63,963 nucleotides of DNA, filler included, from Barthelona sp. PAP020 (GCA_040182905.1; 3 parts of 3 records of this genome joined end to end with filler, not necessarily neighbours in it); one strand, 5' to 3'. Numbered from the whole stretch's first letter, positions 1 to 11,933 are shown. The notes: generated by a model not told the origin, from the sequence alone. Numbers and translations are program-made.

Positions 1-202
1 AAACAGCCAGGATTCAAATTCAAGGCTTTCCCAACTACTCATTTCAATAACACACCGTATATAAAAGCTTTCGTATACCTTTTCTTGTACCTAACGTGAA
101 ATTAAAGCCTTTAATTTTACCCTTTCGTCTAACGTGAATTGGTTTTGAAAGCCTGTAATTTCCAGACTCGATCCTCGCCCTAAACTTTTCTTTATAAAAA
201 AT

Positions 203-277
203 TGCGTCTTCCGAGGATTGAACTCGGGACCTTTAGATCTTCAGTCTAACGCTAACTACCAACTGAGCTAAAGACGC
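203..277 (-). tRNA. tRNA-Phe (GAA), intronless, no encoded CCA
   Basis: Reverse complement GCGTCTT TA GCTC AGTTGGTAGT TAGC G TTAGA CTGAAGA TCTAA AGGTC CCGAG TTCAATC CTCGG AAGACGC A folds as a cloverleaf: 7-bp acceptor stem, GAA anticodon, TTC T-loop. A T6 Pol III terminator follows. One C-U mismatch in the D-stem. Confidence 0.95.
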
Positions 278-477
278 TTGATGAACAGTTCAGGCTTTGA
301 CTGTTATAAATGATTAATGAAATTATTTTTTTTAGGAATTTTTATCAACAAGTTAATATTCAACAATTGTTTGACTATTGATTCAAAAGATTTTTAAATT
401 TATTAAAATAAATGATAACTGTTGGAAAATGAATTTTATAATTTTATATTTTATGTGAAAATACAAAAAAGATAGTC

Positions 478-663
478 TTATTTAATATTATGAGGTATGA
501 GTTTGTTTTGTGAACAATGAAACGAAATAACTTAAGGTTTAGGAAAAACTCACATGGATTCAGATACCCAAATAACTTAAAAATTGGACCTAAAGAAGGT
601 TAAAAAACAACAAAAAAATGAAGTGATATTTGATGACTTCTTAATATATCTCTCTCCAATAAA
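478..663 (+). repeat. Dispersed ~200-bp repeat, copy 1 (most diverged)
   Basis: Aligns by eye with 43562-43776 (+) and 25833-26022 (-), e.g. cttaaggttt.ggaaaaactcac.tggattcagat.ccca and aagtgatatttg.tgac. Confidence 0.9.
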
Positions 664-811
664 ACAATTACCAATCTTTCTTATTCACTCATACGTACAA
701 TGTTTCTTGTCTTGAAAATATACAAATCTTTTTGCTGAGAACAAATGTTCCAGGTTATTAAAAAAAAAAAAAAAAAAATTATTTTTTATTTGTTTAATTC
801 AATTAAAAGAA

Positions 812-3800
812 TCAGTCAATCTTTTTCTTTTTTAAAATTTGAGCTAAACCGTAGTCCTTAAATATCTTTTTGGGACAAGAATTTAACAATTCCAGTTGAT
901 GTTCAGTTAAAACATCTAAAGACAGATAAACCACTTTAATGAAACCAACTGTTGCCTTAATTAGAGGCTTATGCTTAGAATTACCATTTAAAACAACATT
1001 GAACAACCATTCAGAACTATTGGCCAATTCAATAATTTTATCTTGGGGTAAGTTTTTATTGAAACCATTATAAAGTAAATTTACCACATTTACTAGAGCA
1101 AAGGAAGGTATTTCTAATTTGTTTGTGGCAATAGCCATTGCATAACTAATTTCAGGGAAGTCTCTTGTGACTTCAATAAGAATAGAAGGATGTAAACGAG
1201 TACGTTTTCTTAAACTGGTAGAAACGGCAATTTCATACAAGTTAATTACATCAGTTGGATATTGTGAAAACAGACTTTTAGTTAAAAGAGTAAAAAAAGC
1301 TACATTCAAATAAGCATATTCTTCAGATAATTTTGGAGGTTTCATTAATACTGTATTTAACAAAGCAATCAATTCTGAAGTTGGTTTGTAAAATTCAATA
1401 TTGGTATTGGATAACATGAAAGAAAAATATTTTTTTAAACCAATACTTAATAAATTGATGTAAGATTTAGCTTGTTTGTTTTTAATTGCTAAAAAGTCAG
1501 GGAATTGAGATAATAATTTATAAGTAATTTCTGGAATGAGACTATTGCAAGGACTTTTATTGAAAAGAGTTAAACAAACAGAAAGCATTCTACAACGAGA
1601 GTTTAATTCAGCTTGATGTTGTTTTTTAATATCAGCATTTTCTCTTTGTTTTGCTAAAATCAACTCAGCAGCTGCTTTTTCAAGTGCAGCCATCTGTGCT
1701 TCATCATCATTATCTTCTTCTTCCATGTCTTCTTCCATTTCAATTTCTTGTTTTTCTTTTATTTCAATTTCTTCCTCTTCTTCTTCATCTTCTTCTTCAA
1801 AATCTCCTTCCTCTTGTATAACTTCAACAACATCTTCATCATTAAATTGACTAAAATCAAAATCACCATCACCAATTTCATCATCATCAACAACATCACC
1901 AACATCTTCTTCATTCATTAATAATAAAGGAGAAGTAATGATTTCAGTTAAAGTAACAAATAATGTATTATCAAATTCGAAATTTTCAATATATTCATCA
2001 AAAAATTCTTCAAAACAACAACGTAAAGCTTTGTTTTCAATGACTAATAACATAACAACCATCATATTGAATTGTTCTATCAAATCTTCTGAAGAATCTA
2101 AACCCATTATATAATCAGTAGCAGCTAAGAAAGAATCTAATATAGGAATAATATCTTTGGATGAGGAAGCACTTATATGAAGAATACTAGCTAATTTAGC
2201 CCATTTTTTTTGAATGATTGTTGAAGCATCATTTTGTAAAGCTAAACTAGTTGTAGCAAAGATATTGATATCTTCTTGATCAACAATGAAAGGAGAACTT
2301 TTGACATTGATTTCAATACCTTCAGTGGCATTCTGGAAAATTGCAAGAACTTTGGACAGGAAGAAAATCAAATCATCATTACGTTTGGAAACACAATAAA
2401 ATAATCGTTCAAAAGGTATTTCAACATTAATGAAGTTGATTGAATCAGTAGAATTAATTTTTAACCATCTGTAAAGCTCTTTGTTTTCATCAATACTTTT
2501 GAAACTTTTCTTCACTTTAATTATCTCATAATCAATATAAAATACTTTTAAGATATCGATCAGAAAAGGTTTCGGTTCATTTGTAATTTGAAGGTAATAT
2601 AGGAAGATTTCAACAACAACTCTAGCAGAATTCTCAGATATGATGTTATTTATCAATAATAAGCTTGTTTGTTCATAATAATTGATGAATAGAGTGGAAA
2701 TCATTGAATCTAAATGGTGTGTTGCTCTTAAAACATCTAATTCATGAGTTTTAATCTCAATTAATAAAATAGAAAAGGCTTTGAAACACATTTTGGGATT
2801 TTTGGAAAAAGTATCAAAAATATTTTTTAAAATTTCTAATTTATTTTGCTTGATTTTTTTTTTGTTTATTTGTTTGGTTTTTTTGTTTTTTTGTTTGTTT
2901 TTCATTTCTCCCATAAATAATTTGATTATCATACTGTTAAGAACAACGTTTATCAATTCAACATTTTCTTCATGTTTGATCAACATGGAAATTAAGTCCT
3001 CAATCATAAAACAAAGAGTTAAAGAAGTGTCCTCTCTACTAGCTAACAAAATAAAGTAGATATCATTGACAACACGTTTAAATAATTCATGATCTTTAAC
3101 TAACCAATCAGAATCAAATAAAGCTTCAAAAATCAAATGGTAAAATGGGTGTATTGAATCAGAAACCAAATCGTTTAAAATAACCCTGGTAAAATCACTT
3201 GGATTTGCTAAAAATAACTCAATAATGCTTTCAGTTTCTGTATTTCCAATCAATGCATGTAAATACAGCTCATTTAAACTCATAACAAATGGTGAAGATT
3301 TTAAAAACTCTCTAGCCTGTTCAGGTAAATCGTTTAACAAAAAATTACTCAAAACTTCATTTAAAATCATTTGTAAATCTTCAAAATTAAAGAAAATTTC
3401 GAAAATTTCATTCAATAATTCTGAACAATTTTGCTTTGAGAATTTATTGTAACAATTGTGAAATAAACATTTAATCATCATTAATCGTTGATCTTTTATA
3501 TTTTTAGATGATTTAAATTTATTATTCATCAAAGTTTGATAAGCAAAGAATGGGAACTCAACGTTTTGTAAAAATATGGAAAAAGTTAACAATACTCCTT
3601 GAAACAATTCAATTGAATCATCTTTTTTTAATTTATCACAAATGTTTATTAAAAATTTGGAAATTTCATCACAAAAAAATTGTTGAAGATATAATTTCAA
3701 TTCTAAATTATCATCGATCTCAGTATTTACTTCAAATTCTTTTTGTTTTTCTATCAGAAATAATATTAAACTTTTGATATTTTCTTTCCTATTTAAATAG

Positions 3801-3886
3801 TTAGTAAAACAATGATATGTGTAAAATTATTACTGTTTCGTTAAATCCTTTGTTTTTAATGTATCAATAATATGATCGATATCCAT
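812..3886 (-). CDS. Pol5/MYBBP1A-like helical-repeat nucleolar protein; exons 3886-3834 and 3788-812
   Basis: The ORF-track start is a TTG. An upstream ATG at 3886 joins in frame through a 45-nt intron (MDIDHIIDTLKTKDLTKQ|KENIKSL...). A long acidic tract followed by QMAALEKAAAELI...LNSRCRMLSVC resembles the Pol5/MYBBP1A acidic region. Basic C-terminus. Confidence 0.55.
3789..3833 (-). other. Spliceosomal intron, 45 nt
   Basis: GTAATA...TACTAAC TATTTAAATAG; contains an in-frame TAA, and removing it restores the frame. Confidence 0.85.
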
Positions 3887-4156
3887 TTTATTGTGCAAAA
3901 AAAATTATCCTCAATTTTTTGCATTTTATTTTTCATATTATTTGGTTTTTGAACATAGATCTTTGGATCCATTTCAATTTATGTAAAATGTGTAATCCTA
4001 TTTATTCAAAAGAATTATTGATATGTTCTTTATCATAAAATGTTGTTTTTCTTGAATCATCAGCATAAGAAAATAAAAATGAAATAAAAACAAAAGAAAT
4101 AGACTTTACACAAAAACCCACAAAATAAATCAACAACGGTTTGGATCTTTTTACAT

Positions 4157-4795
4157 TTAATCAATTTTACTGTGAATTGGAAAAACTTCTTTTTTGTTCA
4201 AGGCAATTAAAAGTATTATATTAATTAATAATATTGAAGAAATAAAGACTAACAGTATATATAGGGGTTCAGTTAACAACTTATCCCAATTACTGAATGT
4301 CCATTTATTGTTTACACAAACAGCGCTTGAACTGTGAACTTCTCCATTCAAACATTGAATACAACCGTGTCTAATACATTTTAACCCAGGTCCACAAGTA
4401 CCGTCAACTGTTAAGCCACTTGTTTGATAAGGACATTCTTTCAAGTAGAATGGACTTTGTGTCAAAGGAATACACTCTCCATAATCATTGCAGTATTCAT
4501 CTATCGAACATTGAAATGTACGATAATTATCTGTAAATGACGTTCCTGGAGTACATTTTCCACATTGAGCAGGTAGAGAAGTATCTGAATCTGGATAATA
4601 TTTAATTTTATTTAAACCACATGGATAATTGGTATTATTTGTTAATAAAACTCGTAATTGAGCTCTTTCCATAGGACCAGCACATGAACCACTCGACGGT
4701 AAAGCACCATTATTCAAAGCGCACTCAGAACAAAATGAAATGATCAACAAATTAATTATTGTTAATAGTTTAATTATTATCGCTTGTCTATACAT
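4157..4795 (-). CDS. Cysteine-rich type I membrane protein (putative surface protein)
   Basis: Hydrophobic N-terminal signal, Cys-rich ectodomain (CGKC, CIQC, CGPGLKC), C-terminal TM helix and short tail. Confidence 0.65.
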   Translation of the reverse strand: MYRQAIIIKLLTIINLLIISFCSECALNNGALPSSGSCAGPMERAQLRVLLTNNTNYPCGLNKIKYYPDSDTSLPAQCGKCTPGTSFTDNYRTFQCSIDEYCNDYGECIPLTQSPFYLKECPYQTSGLTVDGTCGPGLKCIRHGCIQCLNGEVHSSSAVCVNNKWTFSNWDKLLTEPLYILLVFISSILLINIILLIALNKKEVFPIHSKID

Positions 4796-4848
4796 ATCAA
4801 AAAAATATTTGAACTATTCAACAACGGATAAAAAAAAAAGAAAATTTA

Positions 4849-5943
4849 TCAATCCATAGAAATGTACCTTAAGGTCATTTGTGATGGTTTTACCTGTTGA
4901 TAACCATCAACACCATTATACGTTTCAACAGGTGCATTATAAAATGCAGGCAAAGAAGAATTCAATTGGGGAGAGAAAGTACATTTATCCAATTCAATAT
5001 CCTCTGATGTTTTGGGCAATTTATCAGGATAAGTAATTTTTTGACTGTTATGTAAACGATCAGAAATTTTTTTTGCCTCAGTACTAATCTTTAAGTTAAC
5101 ATCAATCTTTTTTTGCTTAATTGAAACATCACGAGGCTTCCCCACATTTTTTTTTCTTGAATCAGCAGGAAAAATCTCATTATGTAGTCTTTCAAATGTC
5201 TGTTCATGAGATTCATTACTTTTCCTTTCTCTCACCAACATTGTTGAGTTAAAAGAGATAGTTGGATGGAAGGAAAGCTCTAGTTCCTCCTTATCACCTA
5301 TATTAGAATTGGAAAATGTTGATTCATGAGGAAAAGGCGAAGTGTTAAAAGACATTTTTTGCCTTTGACTGCTGGAAAAAATATATTTCGACATTGATGG
5401 GTGCTTTAAGGCAGTTTTCAATAAATTTTTGAAGTGTGGTATGGGAACTTCAACTTCATTGTATCTGACTACATAATCATGAAAGACTGAATGAAGAACC
5501 TGTTGTTCAACAGGATCTAACAACTCAAACCCATTTAATTCATTTAAATTTACAAAATTGTCATGAATAAACATGTCACAGTAATCGTTGAAGAGGTCTC
5601 TTTTTCTATCAGAGACAACACGTGAACTTTTTGGTAAAATTAATGGAGATGCGTTGGATTTAGGTGGAGTAAAAGGTGAATTAGATGTTCCAAACTTCAT
5701 TTGTGTGTCAATAAAGTTCAATTTGGTCCTCTTTTGTGAAAGTACATTTTTCGGACTTTTCCCTTGTTTTTGACTGGGAGACAATGATACAGATGAATCA
5801 TTTGGAGTCATCATTGCTTTTTGAAACCGACTTTTGAAACTATTTGAGTCATGTGATTTACTTCGATTTTTATTATCCAAATAAAATTGAATTTTTAATT
5901 CAGTACATTCTCGTGTTTTGTAATTATTGGGGGTTCGATACAT
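4849..5943 (-). CDS. Hypothetical protein with (C/L)-[TS]-F-x-P and RLH repeats, possibly cytoskeletal
   Basis: 364-aa ORF with LSFHPTI/FERLH and CTFSPQLN/SDRLH repeated motifs and an S/P-rich N-terminus. Confidence 0.55.
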   Translation of the reverse strand: MYRTPNNYKTRECTELKIQFYLDNKNRSKSHDSNSFKSRFQKAMMTPNDSSVSLSPSQKQGKSPKNVLSQKRTKLNFIDTQMKFGTSNSPFTPPKSNASPLILPKSSRVVSDRKRDLFNDYCDMFIHDNFVNLNELNGFELLDPVEQQVLHSVFHDYVVRYNEVEVPIPHFKNLLKTALKHPSMSKYIFSSSQRQKMSFNTSPFPHESTFSNSNIGDKEELELSFHPTISFNSTMLVRERKSNESHEQTFERLHNEIFPADSRKKNVGKPRDVSIKQKKIDVNLKISTEAKKISDRLHNSQKITYPDKLPKTSEDIELDKCTFSPQLNSSLPAFYNAPVETYNGVDGYQQVKPSQMTLRYISMD

Positions 5944-6358
5944 AATACATCAACATACTACGAAAAAAAAATCTGAAAATTAAAATTGAAAATCAAAAAT
6001 TTACTTTCAAAAAGAGGTTTTGTTATCAATATTAAATGGCATATATAAAAAAGAATTTACTCATGTACCACATATTTGCTATTTGATTTACCTTTATAAA
6101 AATTGTTCCGATGTATTCACTTTTTTTTTTAATATAATCTTTGATGTCATGTAAAATGAAAACATCAAAGCTATCTTTCATAAATTTTGCTTTACTTTAA
6201 ATGAAGTGTAAAAGAATGAATGTTTCAAAGATAAAGAAAATAGCACAAATTAACAGACATTTCAATTCAATGAACTAAAAACATTATTTGGTTTAAAGTA
6301 ATTGCTAAATTTGAGCTATGTGATATTAGGTCTGATTGAAAAGTTGAAATTGAAGAAA

Positions 6359-6547
6359 CTATTTCTTTGGTTGTTTTGATTTGTTTAGTAATTGTTTAAT
6401 TGTTAATTTCTTTCTCATTCTTTTTATTGTCGGTTCTTTTGGATTTCCAAAGACATGGGTATTTTTTGTTGATCGAAAAGATGAAAATCCCATTTGTTCA
6501 TTCAATAATGAAGGATCTACAGGGTTTAGAAGCGTTTCATTTGTCAT
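6359..6547 (-). CDS. Minimal U4/U6.U5 tri-snRNP 27K-like protein (SNRNP27/DUF1777 domain only), 62 aa
   Basis: QMGFSSFRSTKNTHVFGN...KKLTIKQLLNK resembles the SNRNP27 C-terminal motif MGFxxFxSTKxKKVxG...KRKYRQYMNR. Starting at the ATG at 6547 avoids overlap with RPAC1. Confidence 0.65.
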   Translation of the reverse strand: MTNETLLNPVDPSLLNEQMGFSSFRSTKNTHVFGNPKEPTIKRMRKKLTIKQLLNKSKQPKK

Positions 6548-6609
6548 TTCAAAGAAACATAAAGATGAATGAAAAGTCTCACCATTTTTTTTTTCAACAT
6601 TAAACTTTA

Positions 6610-7878
6610 ATGGGAGTTGAGGATTTACCACAAACTGCTCAAGATCAAAGGGATTATGTTCATATTGAACAACATTTGGCGAATTACACTCATACAATTA
6701 CTGCTCATGATGCATTTATTTCACATGATATTAATAATGCATTTTCTATTGAAAATTTTGCAAGAGATTTGGATATTAAGTTACGTGATTCAAGTGATCC
6801 TTTGAAATTGAAGTTTGATATGGAAAATATTGATCCTGCTTTAGCCAATTCATTTCGAAGATTGATGATGTCTCATGTTCCTACCATGGCCGTTGAAAGA
6901 GTTTTTATTCATAATAATACCTCAGTTGTCCAGGATGAAGTGTTGGCTCATCGTTTAGGTTTGGTTCCCATTTTGGTTGATCCTTTTTTGTTTGAAGAAA
7001 AAGATGGGTTAATGCCACAAGATGTTGATGAGGTTGAATTTGATGATGAAGTCAATGAGTTCAATTCTTTGAAATTTGCCTTACACCTTTCTTGTAGACA
7101 ATACACTGTTGATGAGAAGGAAATGATGGTACGTGAATGTTATGAGGATGTTGGTCCCAGCAAGAAATATTATCAAGGTGTTGGATATAGTTGTGAGTTT
7201 GAATGGATTCCTCAAGGTGAACAGGCCGAAAAGTTCTATCAAATACCTTTCAAGTTTGACATTGTCAACAACAAAGTTGTTGTTGATGAATATGAGATTG
7301 AAGAAAATAAGGTTCCTATTGTCGTTTTCCCAACAATTCCTTTGGTTAAGTTAAGACCTGGACAGGAAATCCATTTGGAAATGTTGGCATTCAGAGGCAT
7401 CGGAAAGTATCATGCTAAATGGCAGCCTGTTTGTCCTTGTTCATATGCTCTTATGCCTGAAATCAGACTTAAGGATGATATTGATTCAGAAACTGCTGAA
7501 GAGTTACAGAATCTTTGTTTACAAGATATCTTTGAAGTCGATGGAGATGGAGTCTTGACTGTTAATCAGGATAATTTAGTCAATTGTACAACATGCAGGG
7601 AATGTATTAGGTTAGACAGACATGCCAAAGTTGTAAACCTTCTGAAGAAGAAAACTCACATGATATTCAATATTGAATCTGTTGGACAAATGAAACCAGG
7701 TACTATCTTTATCAAATCTATCGATGAATTAAGAAAGAAGGCTTTGAATTTGAAGAAGAGTTTGGATCGTAAGTTGCATGATGAAGAAGAAGATTCTGAG
7801 GATGAAAACACTAGTGATGATAATAATAATGATTCAGAAGATGTTGGTGATCAAGAAGATGATGAAATGGAACAATAG
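6610..7878 (+). CDS. POLR1C: RNA polymerase I/III shared subunit AC40 (RPAC1/RPC40)
   Basis: ANSFRRLMMSHVPTMAVERVFIHNNTSVVQDEVLAHRLGLVP, KLRPGQEI, GIGKYHAKWQPV, CTTCREC and F-x-IESVG motifs. Confidence 0.95.
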   Translation: MGVEDLPQTAQDQRDYVHIEQHLANYTHTITAHDAFISHDINNAFSIENFARDLDIKLRDSSDPLKLKFDMENIDPALANSFRRLMMSHVPTMAVERVFIHNNTSVVQDEVLAHRLGLVPILVDPFLFEEKDGLMPQDVDEVEFDDEVNEFNSLKFALHLSCRQYTVDEKEMMVRECYEDVGPSKKYYQGVGYSCEFEWIPQGEQAEKFYQIPFKFDIVNNKVVVDEYEIEENKVPIVVFPTIPLVKLRPGQEIHLEMLAFRGIGKYHAKWQPVCPCSYALMPEIRLKDDIDSETAEELQNLCLQDIFEVDGDGVLTVNQDNLVNCTTCRECIRLDRHAKVVNLLKKKTHMIFNIESVGQMKPGTIFIKSIDELRKKALNLKKSLDRKLHDEEEDSEDENTSDDNNNDSEDVGDQEDDEMEQ

Positions 7879-7943
7879 TCTCAAAATAATGATAAAAATC
7901 AAGTTGGATTTTTTTTTACTTCATTTCGCATTTACATAATAGT

Positions 7944-8561
7944 ATGGCTCAATTTCCCGAAATAAGTAATGTGAATAATTATATGAAGCCATTTGATGCT
8001 TTTGGCATTAGACCAAAACTTACAACAGGTTTAATGCTAAATTTTCCAGATTTGTTTTTACCAACAATTCACAGTATTGCAAATAATCTTTTAAGTATAG
8101 ATAATAATGGAGAAAAGGTCGATTATAAAGGCAAAGATAAAACGAAATTAAAAAAGGAAGTTGCACTTTCTGAGTTGTTAAATAACTCAAACAATATGAT
8201 ATTTACTCAATTAAAAGGCCAATTTCTATCAAATACAAACGTTTCTGATCCAGTTTCTACTTTACCGGTATCTACTATGCCAATTTTTTATAATTCTGTT
8301 CCATCAGTTTCTATTCCATCAGTTTCACCAATTTCATCAATAAATTCACCAAATTGTTGTGAGGAAAACGTCATACAGGTTGATTGTTATGATTTTTCTT
8401 TGGTTCCTCAAGATTCGTCCGTTAATTGTCCATATTTTATTCCATCAATACCCATTTCCAATTTTTCAATGCCTTTTGTGCACAGTCAAGGATATGAAGG
8501 AGTTGAGTTGGGTGAGAATTTTGGGTTTATTTCCGATAATTTCTATCTGCCTTGTTGTTAA
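7944..8561 (+). CDS. Hypothetical Ser/Pro-rich protein
   Basis: 205-aa ATG-started ORF filling the gap; no recognised motif. Confidence 0.5.
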   Translation: MAQFPEISNVNNYMKPFDAFGIRPKLTTGLMLNFPDLFLPTIHSIANNLLSIDNNGEKVDYKGKDKTKLKKEVALSELLNNSNNMIFTQLKGQFLSNTNVSDPVSTLPVSTMPIFYNSVPSVSIPSVSPISSINSPNCCEENVIQVDCYDFSLVPQDSSVNCPYFIPSIPISNFSMPFVHSQGYEGVELGENFGFISDNFYLPCC

Positions 8562-8867
8562 TAAATGTGTAAATAATAAATTAAACATAAAAAGATTTTT
8601 TTTTTCTACCTGCATTTTGTCATCAACAAATGTCTTCTCTTTTCTATTTATTAACTTTTCTTGATCTTTTCATTGATATTGGTTTTTAATCATAGCGAGA
8701 AAAAAATAAAAATTTGACAAATTTATTTTCATAATCTACAAATTTTGTTTGAAAATATGTTTTTTAACTCAAACATTCAGTAGAAAAAAACATTTATGAA
8801 TGTTTAGTTGACTTTAAGATATAACAAAATTCAAAAAAATCACAATTACATGCCATAATTGGTATCA

Positions 8868-11813
8868 TTAAGATTTGGTCTTTGTTTTTCTTGACTTTAT
8901 TGATAAATCAATGGTAGGGCGTGATTTGAATCTATTTGGATGTTTTCTGCTGGTTGTAGAACTGGTAGTTGTTCCTTGATGTCCAGGTCCAGATTGTGCT
9001 TGACTACTTTTTGATCTTGAATTCATTGACAAACCTATCATAAGATTATTTGATGATTTATTGACAGGAAGATTAACATTAGAAGGCAAATTTGTTTGAG
9101 AAGTTAACCCTGTTGAAGGTGTTGGATGACTACTGGACTTAGGACGGGTTCTGGTGATAGTTCCACTGCTTTTCGAAAAAGAACTATTTTTATTTGACAA
9201 CCCTTTAATTAAAGCTCTGGTTGTATCTACTAAAGACTTTGGAGAAGCAATAGGCTCATATTCAATTTGAATGTTTGAATTTGAAACAGGTTTAGTTGTA
9301 TTTATAGTGTTGTTATTGGTGTTTGGAATTGATGAATACATGTTATCAAAAAGCAATTCTTGAGAAGGTGAATTTGCAATAGTTTCCTGCAAACTTTGCA
9401 AACTGGTGGATTTTTTCATCAATTTTAACTCCAATTCTCTAACTGTCTTGTCTGATTCAAGTTTTTTCAAATAGTTTGAATGTTCAATGAAAAGTTTATA
9501 AAATATTGGATATTCTTTTTTCAAATCATGGAAATGTCTATTTCTATGAATATCGATCAAGTCGAAAATGTCAGAAACTTTCAGAATGTGTTGAATTTCG
9601 GGTAATATAACAAAATTAATCTTTTTTCCGATTAAAATTGCTTTGAATTCAAACAACATGTTTAAACCTTGAATATATTCATTGATAAATAATTTTACAG
9701 CAGAATTTTCATGAGTTGTTAGACTCAATAATTTTTGTCTAAACTTTGATTGTAAAACAACGTCATTTTCATCAAAAGTGATCAATATCATTAATTTTGG
9801 TAATATTTTTTGAAAAAATAAAATTAAGATATCAGAATGTTGATTGAAGTCTAGTAGATTGTTGATATTTGTTAAGAAATTGACTTTGAAAAATTTTATA
9901 CTGAAAAGTTCATAAATTTCTAATGAGAATAAAATAAACATCTTTGGATAATCTTTGCTTATTTTTTTGATTATTTCACTGCATAAAAAGATCAAAAGAT
10001 TGTAATTATCAAGCACTTTCATGATTCTTGCAAGAATCTTAACAGCTAAAACTTGATTCGGTACACTCAAAATATCTTTGTCATTTTTCATCAATTTTAA
10101 ATAAAAAACATTAAACAATTTTGGATAACAAAAATCTAAATCTAAAACATTTGAAACTTTCAACAATTCCAATAAATTTTCCAAAAATATTTCATACAAT
10201 TTATCCTTTCTTTCAACAATTTGTTCAACTTTTAAAATGGTCTCTTGCAATTCAACTCGTACAAAAGGTTCAATATTTCTATAAAACGCTAAAAAACAAG
10301 AGGAAAATTCAGGTATGAAAATATATTGGGAAATTTTTAAATTTTCATGAACATTTGTCATTAAATCCATCCAGATTGGTAATATTAATACATTAATCAA
10401 TGATTTTGGACAATTTTTTATAATGTAGATCAAAACATGCACACAGCTTATAAATATTTCTTTAAAAGTCAAATCTGGTACATTTTTGGTCAATTCTTTG
10501 ATGACAGTTTGATAAATAGAACAAAACTTTTGTAATAATTCACTGATTTCTTTTCTATTGTTTATTTTAATCGATAAAAAAAAGGGGAGGTTATAAATGA
10601 AGAGATTAGCATATCTAACAGTTAGGTTTGATCCAGCTATCAAATAGAAATGATAAAACTTTTCGTAATTTTCAAAGTTTTCGGGTAAAACTTTGAAAAG
10701 TTTACCTATTTTTTCAGTAAATATCATCTTAATCCCGATATTATTGTGTAATACCATCAGATCACTATTGGTTTTATTCAACAGAGAATCCAATTCAATT
10801 ATTTCAGCAATTTTATCAATAAACACTGTATATATATGTTCTAAACTATTAATATGATTGTTAACTTGTAAAATCTCAAAAACACTCAAAAAACAGTCAA
10901 GCAAACTCTTAAATTTAATTTCATCATTCTTAGCCCGTTCTAATTGATTTATGAGATACATGTTTATGGTTTCAAACATCTTGGCATTGTTAGAAAGTAT
11001 AGCAAACAACATGATGTTTTCTAAATACTTAATAAATACAACAAATAACTCAGAATCATTAACATTGTTCATCAACGGCGAATAAAATCGATGAAAAATA
11101 GCGGGAATCTTGCTAGAATCATAACATATCATTAGTTGAATGATATAATCACACAATACAAAGGAAAGTTTCTTTAAAGCATTCAAAAACAAAGAACAAC
11201 TAAAACTTTCAATCATTGGCCAGATAATATCATATAACCATTGACATTTCTCTTTTTCTTCTTTATTTGCTGTTTTCACCTCTTTATGTCTCATAAAATA
11301 TTTCAAATCCTCTTGACAATCAATAAATACACAAGTGTTAAACAAAAGAACAACTAAGTTACCAGTATATTGATATAATTTCTCACTAGTCGCTTCAAAC
11401 ATGATACTATCGTTATTACTGAACAGTTTCAATTGGCTTAATAATCTGGGAACAATAACATCCTTCGAAAAAAAAACTGGAAAGTATTGAGGAAATTTTT
11501 GAAGATGACTGTGAAAATGCTTGCAAAATAATATATAATTTGAAGGAGTCTTTAAGATTTCTGATTTCAAAATTAATTCATTCCAAAATCCTTCAATTTC
11601 ATCAAATGAATATAATTGCATTAATCTACCTAAACCAGTCATTAACGCATGATTTCGAGGTTCAATTGGATTTTTTAAAAATAATTCCATCCTTTCTAAT
11701 TCACTTAAATGATCTTCAATCATAAATTTTTCAATTTCTTCTGCAGATTTAAAACCAGTAGCGCGTTTCTCATACATAACATCATCAGTATCAGAATCAT
11801 AAAAAAATTGCAT
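8868..11813 (-). CDS. PP4 regulatory subunit 4-like HEAT-repeat protein
   Basis: N-terminal KSAEEIEKFMIEDHLSELERMELFL resembles PPP4R4 KTPEEIERLTVDEDLSDIERAVYLL. Helical body and a disordered S/T/K-rich tail. Confidence 0.6.
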   Translation of the reverse strand: MQFFYDSDTDDVMYEKRATGFKSAEEIEKFMIEDHLSELERMELFLKNPIEPRNHALMTGLGRLMQLYSFDEIEGFWNELILKSEILKTPSNYILFCKHFHSHLQKFPQYFPVFFSKDVIVPRLLSQLKLFSNNDSIMFEATSEKLYQYTGNLVVLLFNTCVFIDCQEDLKYFMRHKEVKTANKEEKEKCQWLYDIIWPMIESFSCSLFLNALKKLSFVLCDYIIQLMICYDSSKIPAIFHRFYSPLMNNVNDSELFVVFIKYLENIMLFAILSNNAKMFETINMYLINQLERAKNDEIKFKSLLDCFLSVFEILQVNNHINSLEHIYTVFIDKIAEIIELDSLLNKTNSDLMVLHNNIGIKMIFTEKIGKLFKVLPENFENYEKFYHFYLIAGSNLTVRYANLFIYNLPFFLSIKINNRKEISELLQKFCSIYQTVIKELTKNVPDLTFKEIFISCVHVLIYIIKNCPKSLINVLILPIWMDLMTNVHENLKISQYIFIPEFSSCFLAFYRNIEPFVRVELQETILKVEQIVERKDKLYEIFLENLLELLKVSNVLDLDFCYPKLFNVFYLKLMKNDKDILSVPNQVLAVKILARIMKVLDNYNLLIFLCSEIIKKISKDYPKMFILFSLEIYELFSIKFFKVNFLTNINNLLDFNQHSDILILFFQKILPKLMILITFDENDVVLQSKFRQKLLSLTTHENSAVKLFINEYIQGLNMLFEFKAILIGKKINFVILPEIQHILKVSDIFDLIDIHRNRHFHDLKKEYPIFYKLFIEHSNYLKKLESDKTVRELELKLMKKSTSLQSLQETIANSPSQELLFDNMYSSIPNTNNNTINTTKPVSNSNIQIEYEPIASPKSLVDTTRALIKGLSNKNSSFSKSSGTITRTRPKSSSHPTPSTGLTSQTNLPSNVNLPVNKSSNNLMIGLSMNSRSKSSQAQSGPGHQGTTTSSTTSRKHPNRFKSRPTIDLSIKSRKTKTKS

Positions 11814-11933
11814 TCAAAAATTGTTTCAAATCACATGAAAAAGAAAATAAATGAGGGGTGAGGAATAAACATCTTTTAATTTTTTCCTTTACATTTCTTT
11901 ATTCTTTTTTCGATTCATAGAAATTTTTAAAAA

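Noticed and set aside
478..663. tRNA-targeted insertion upstream of tRNA-Phe
   Set aside because: Only one of the three copies is near a tRNA.
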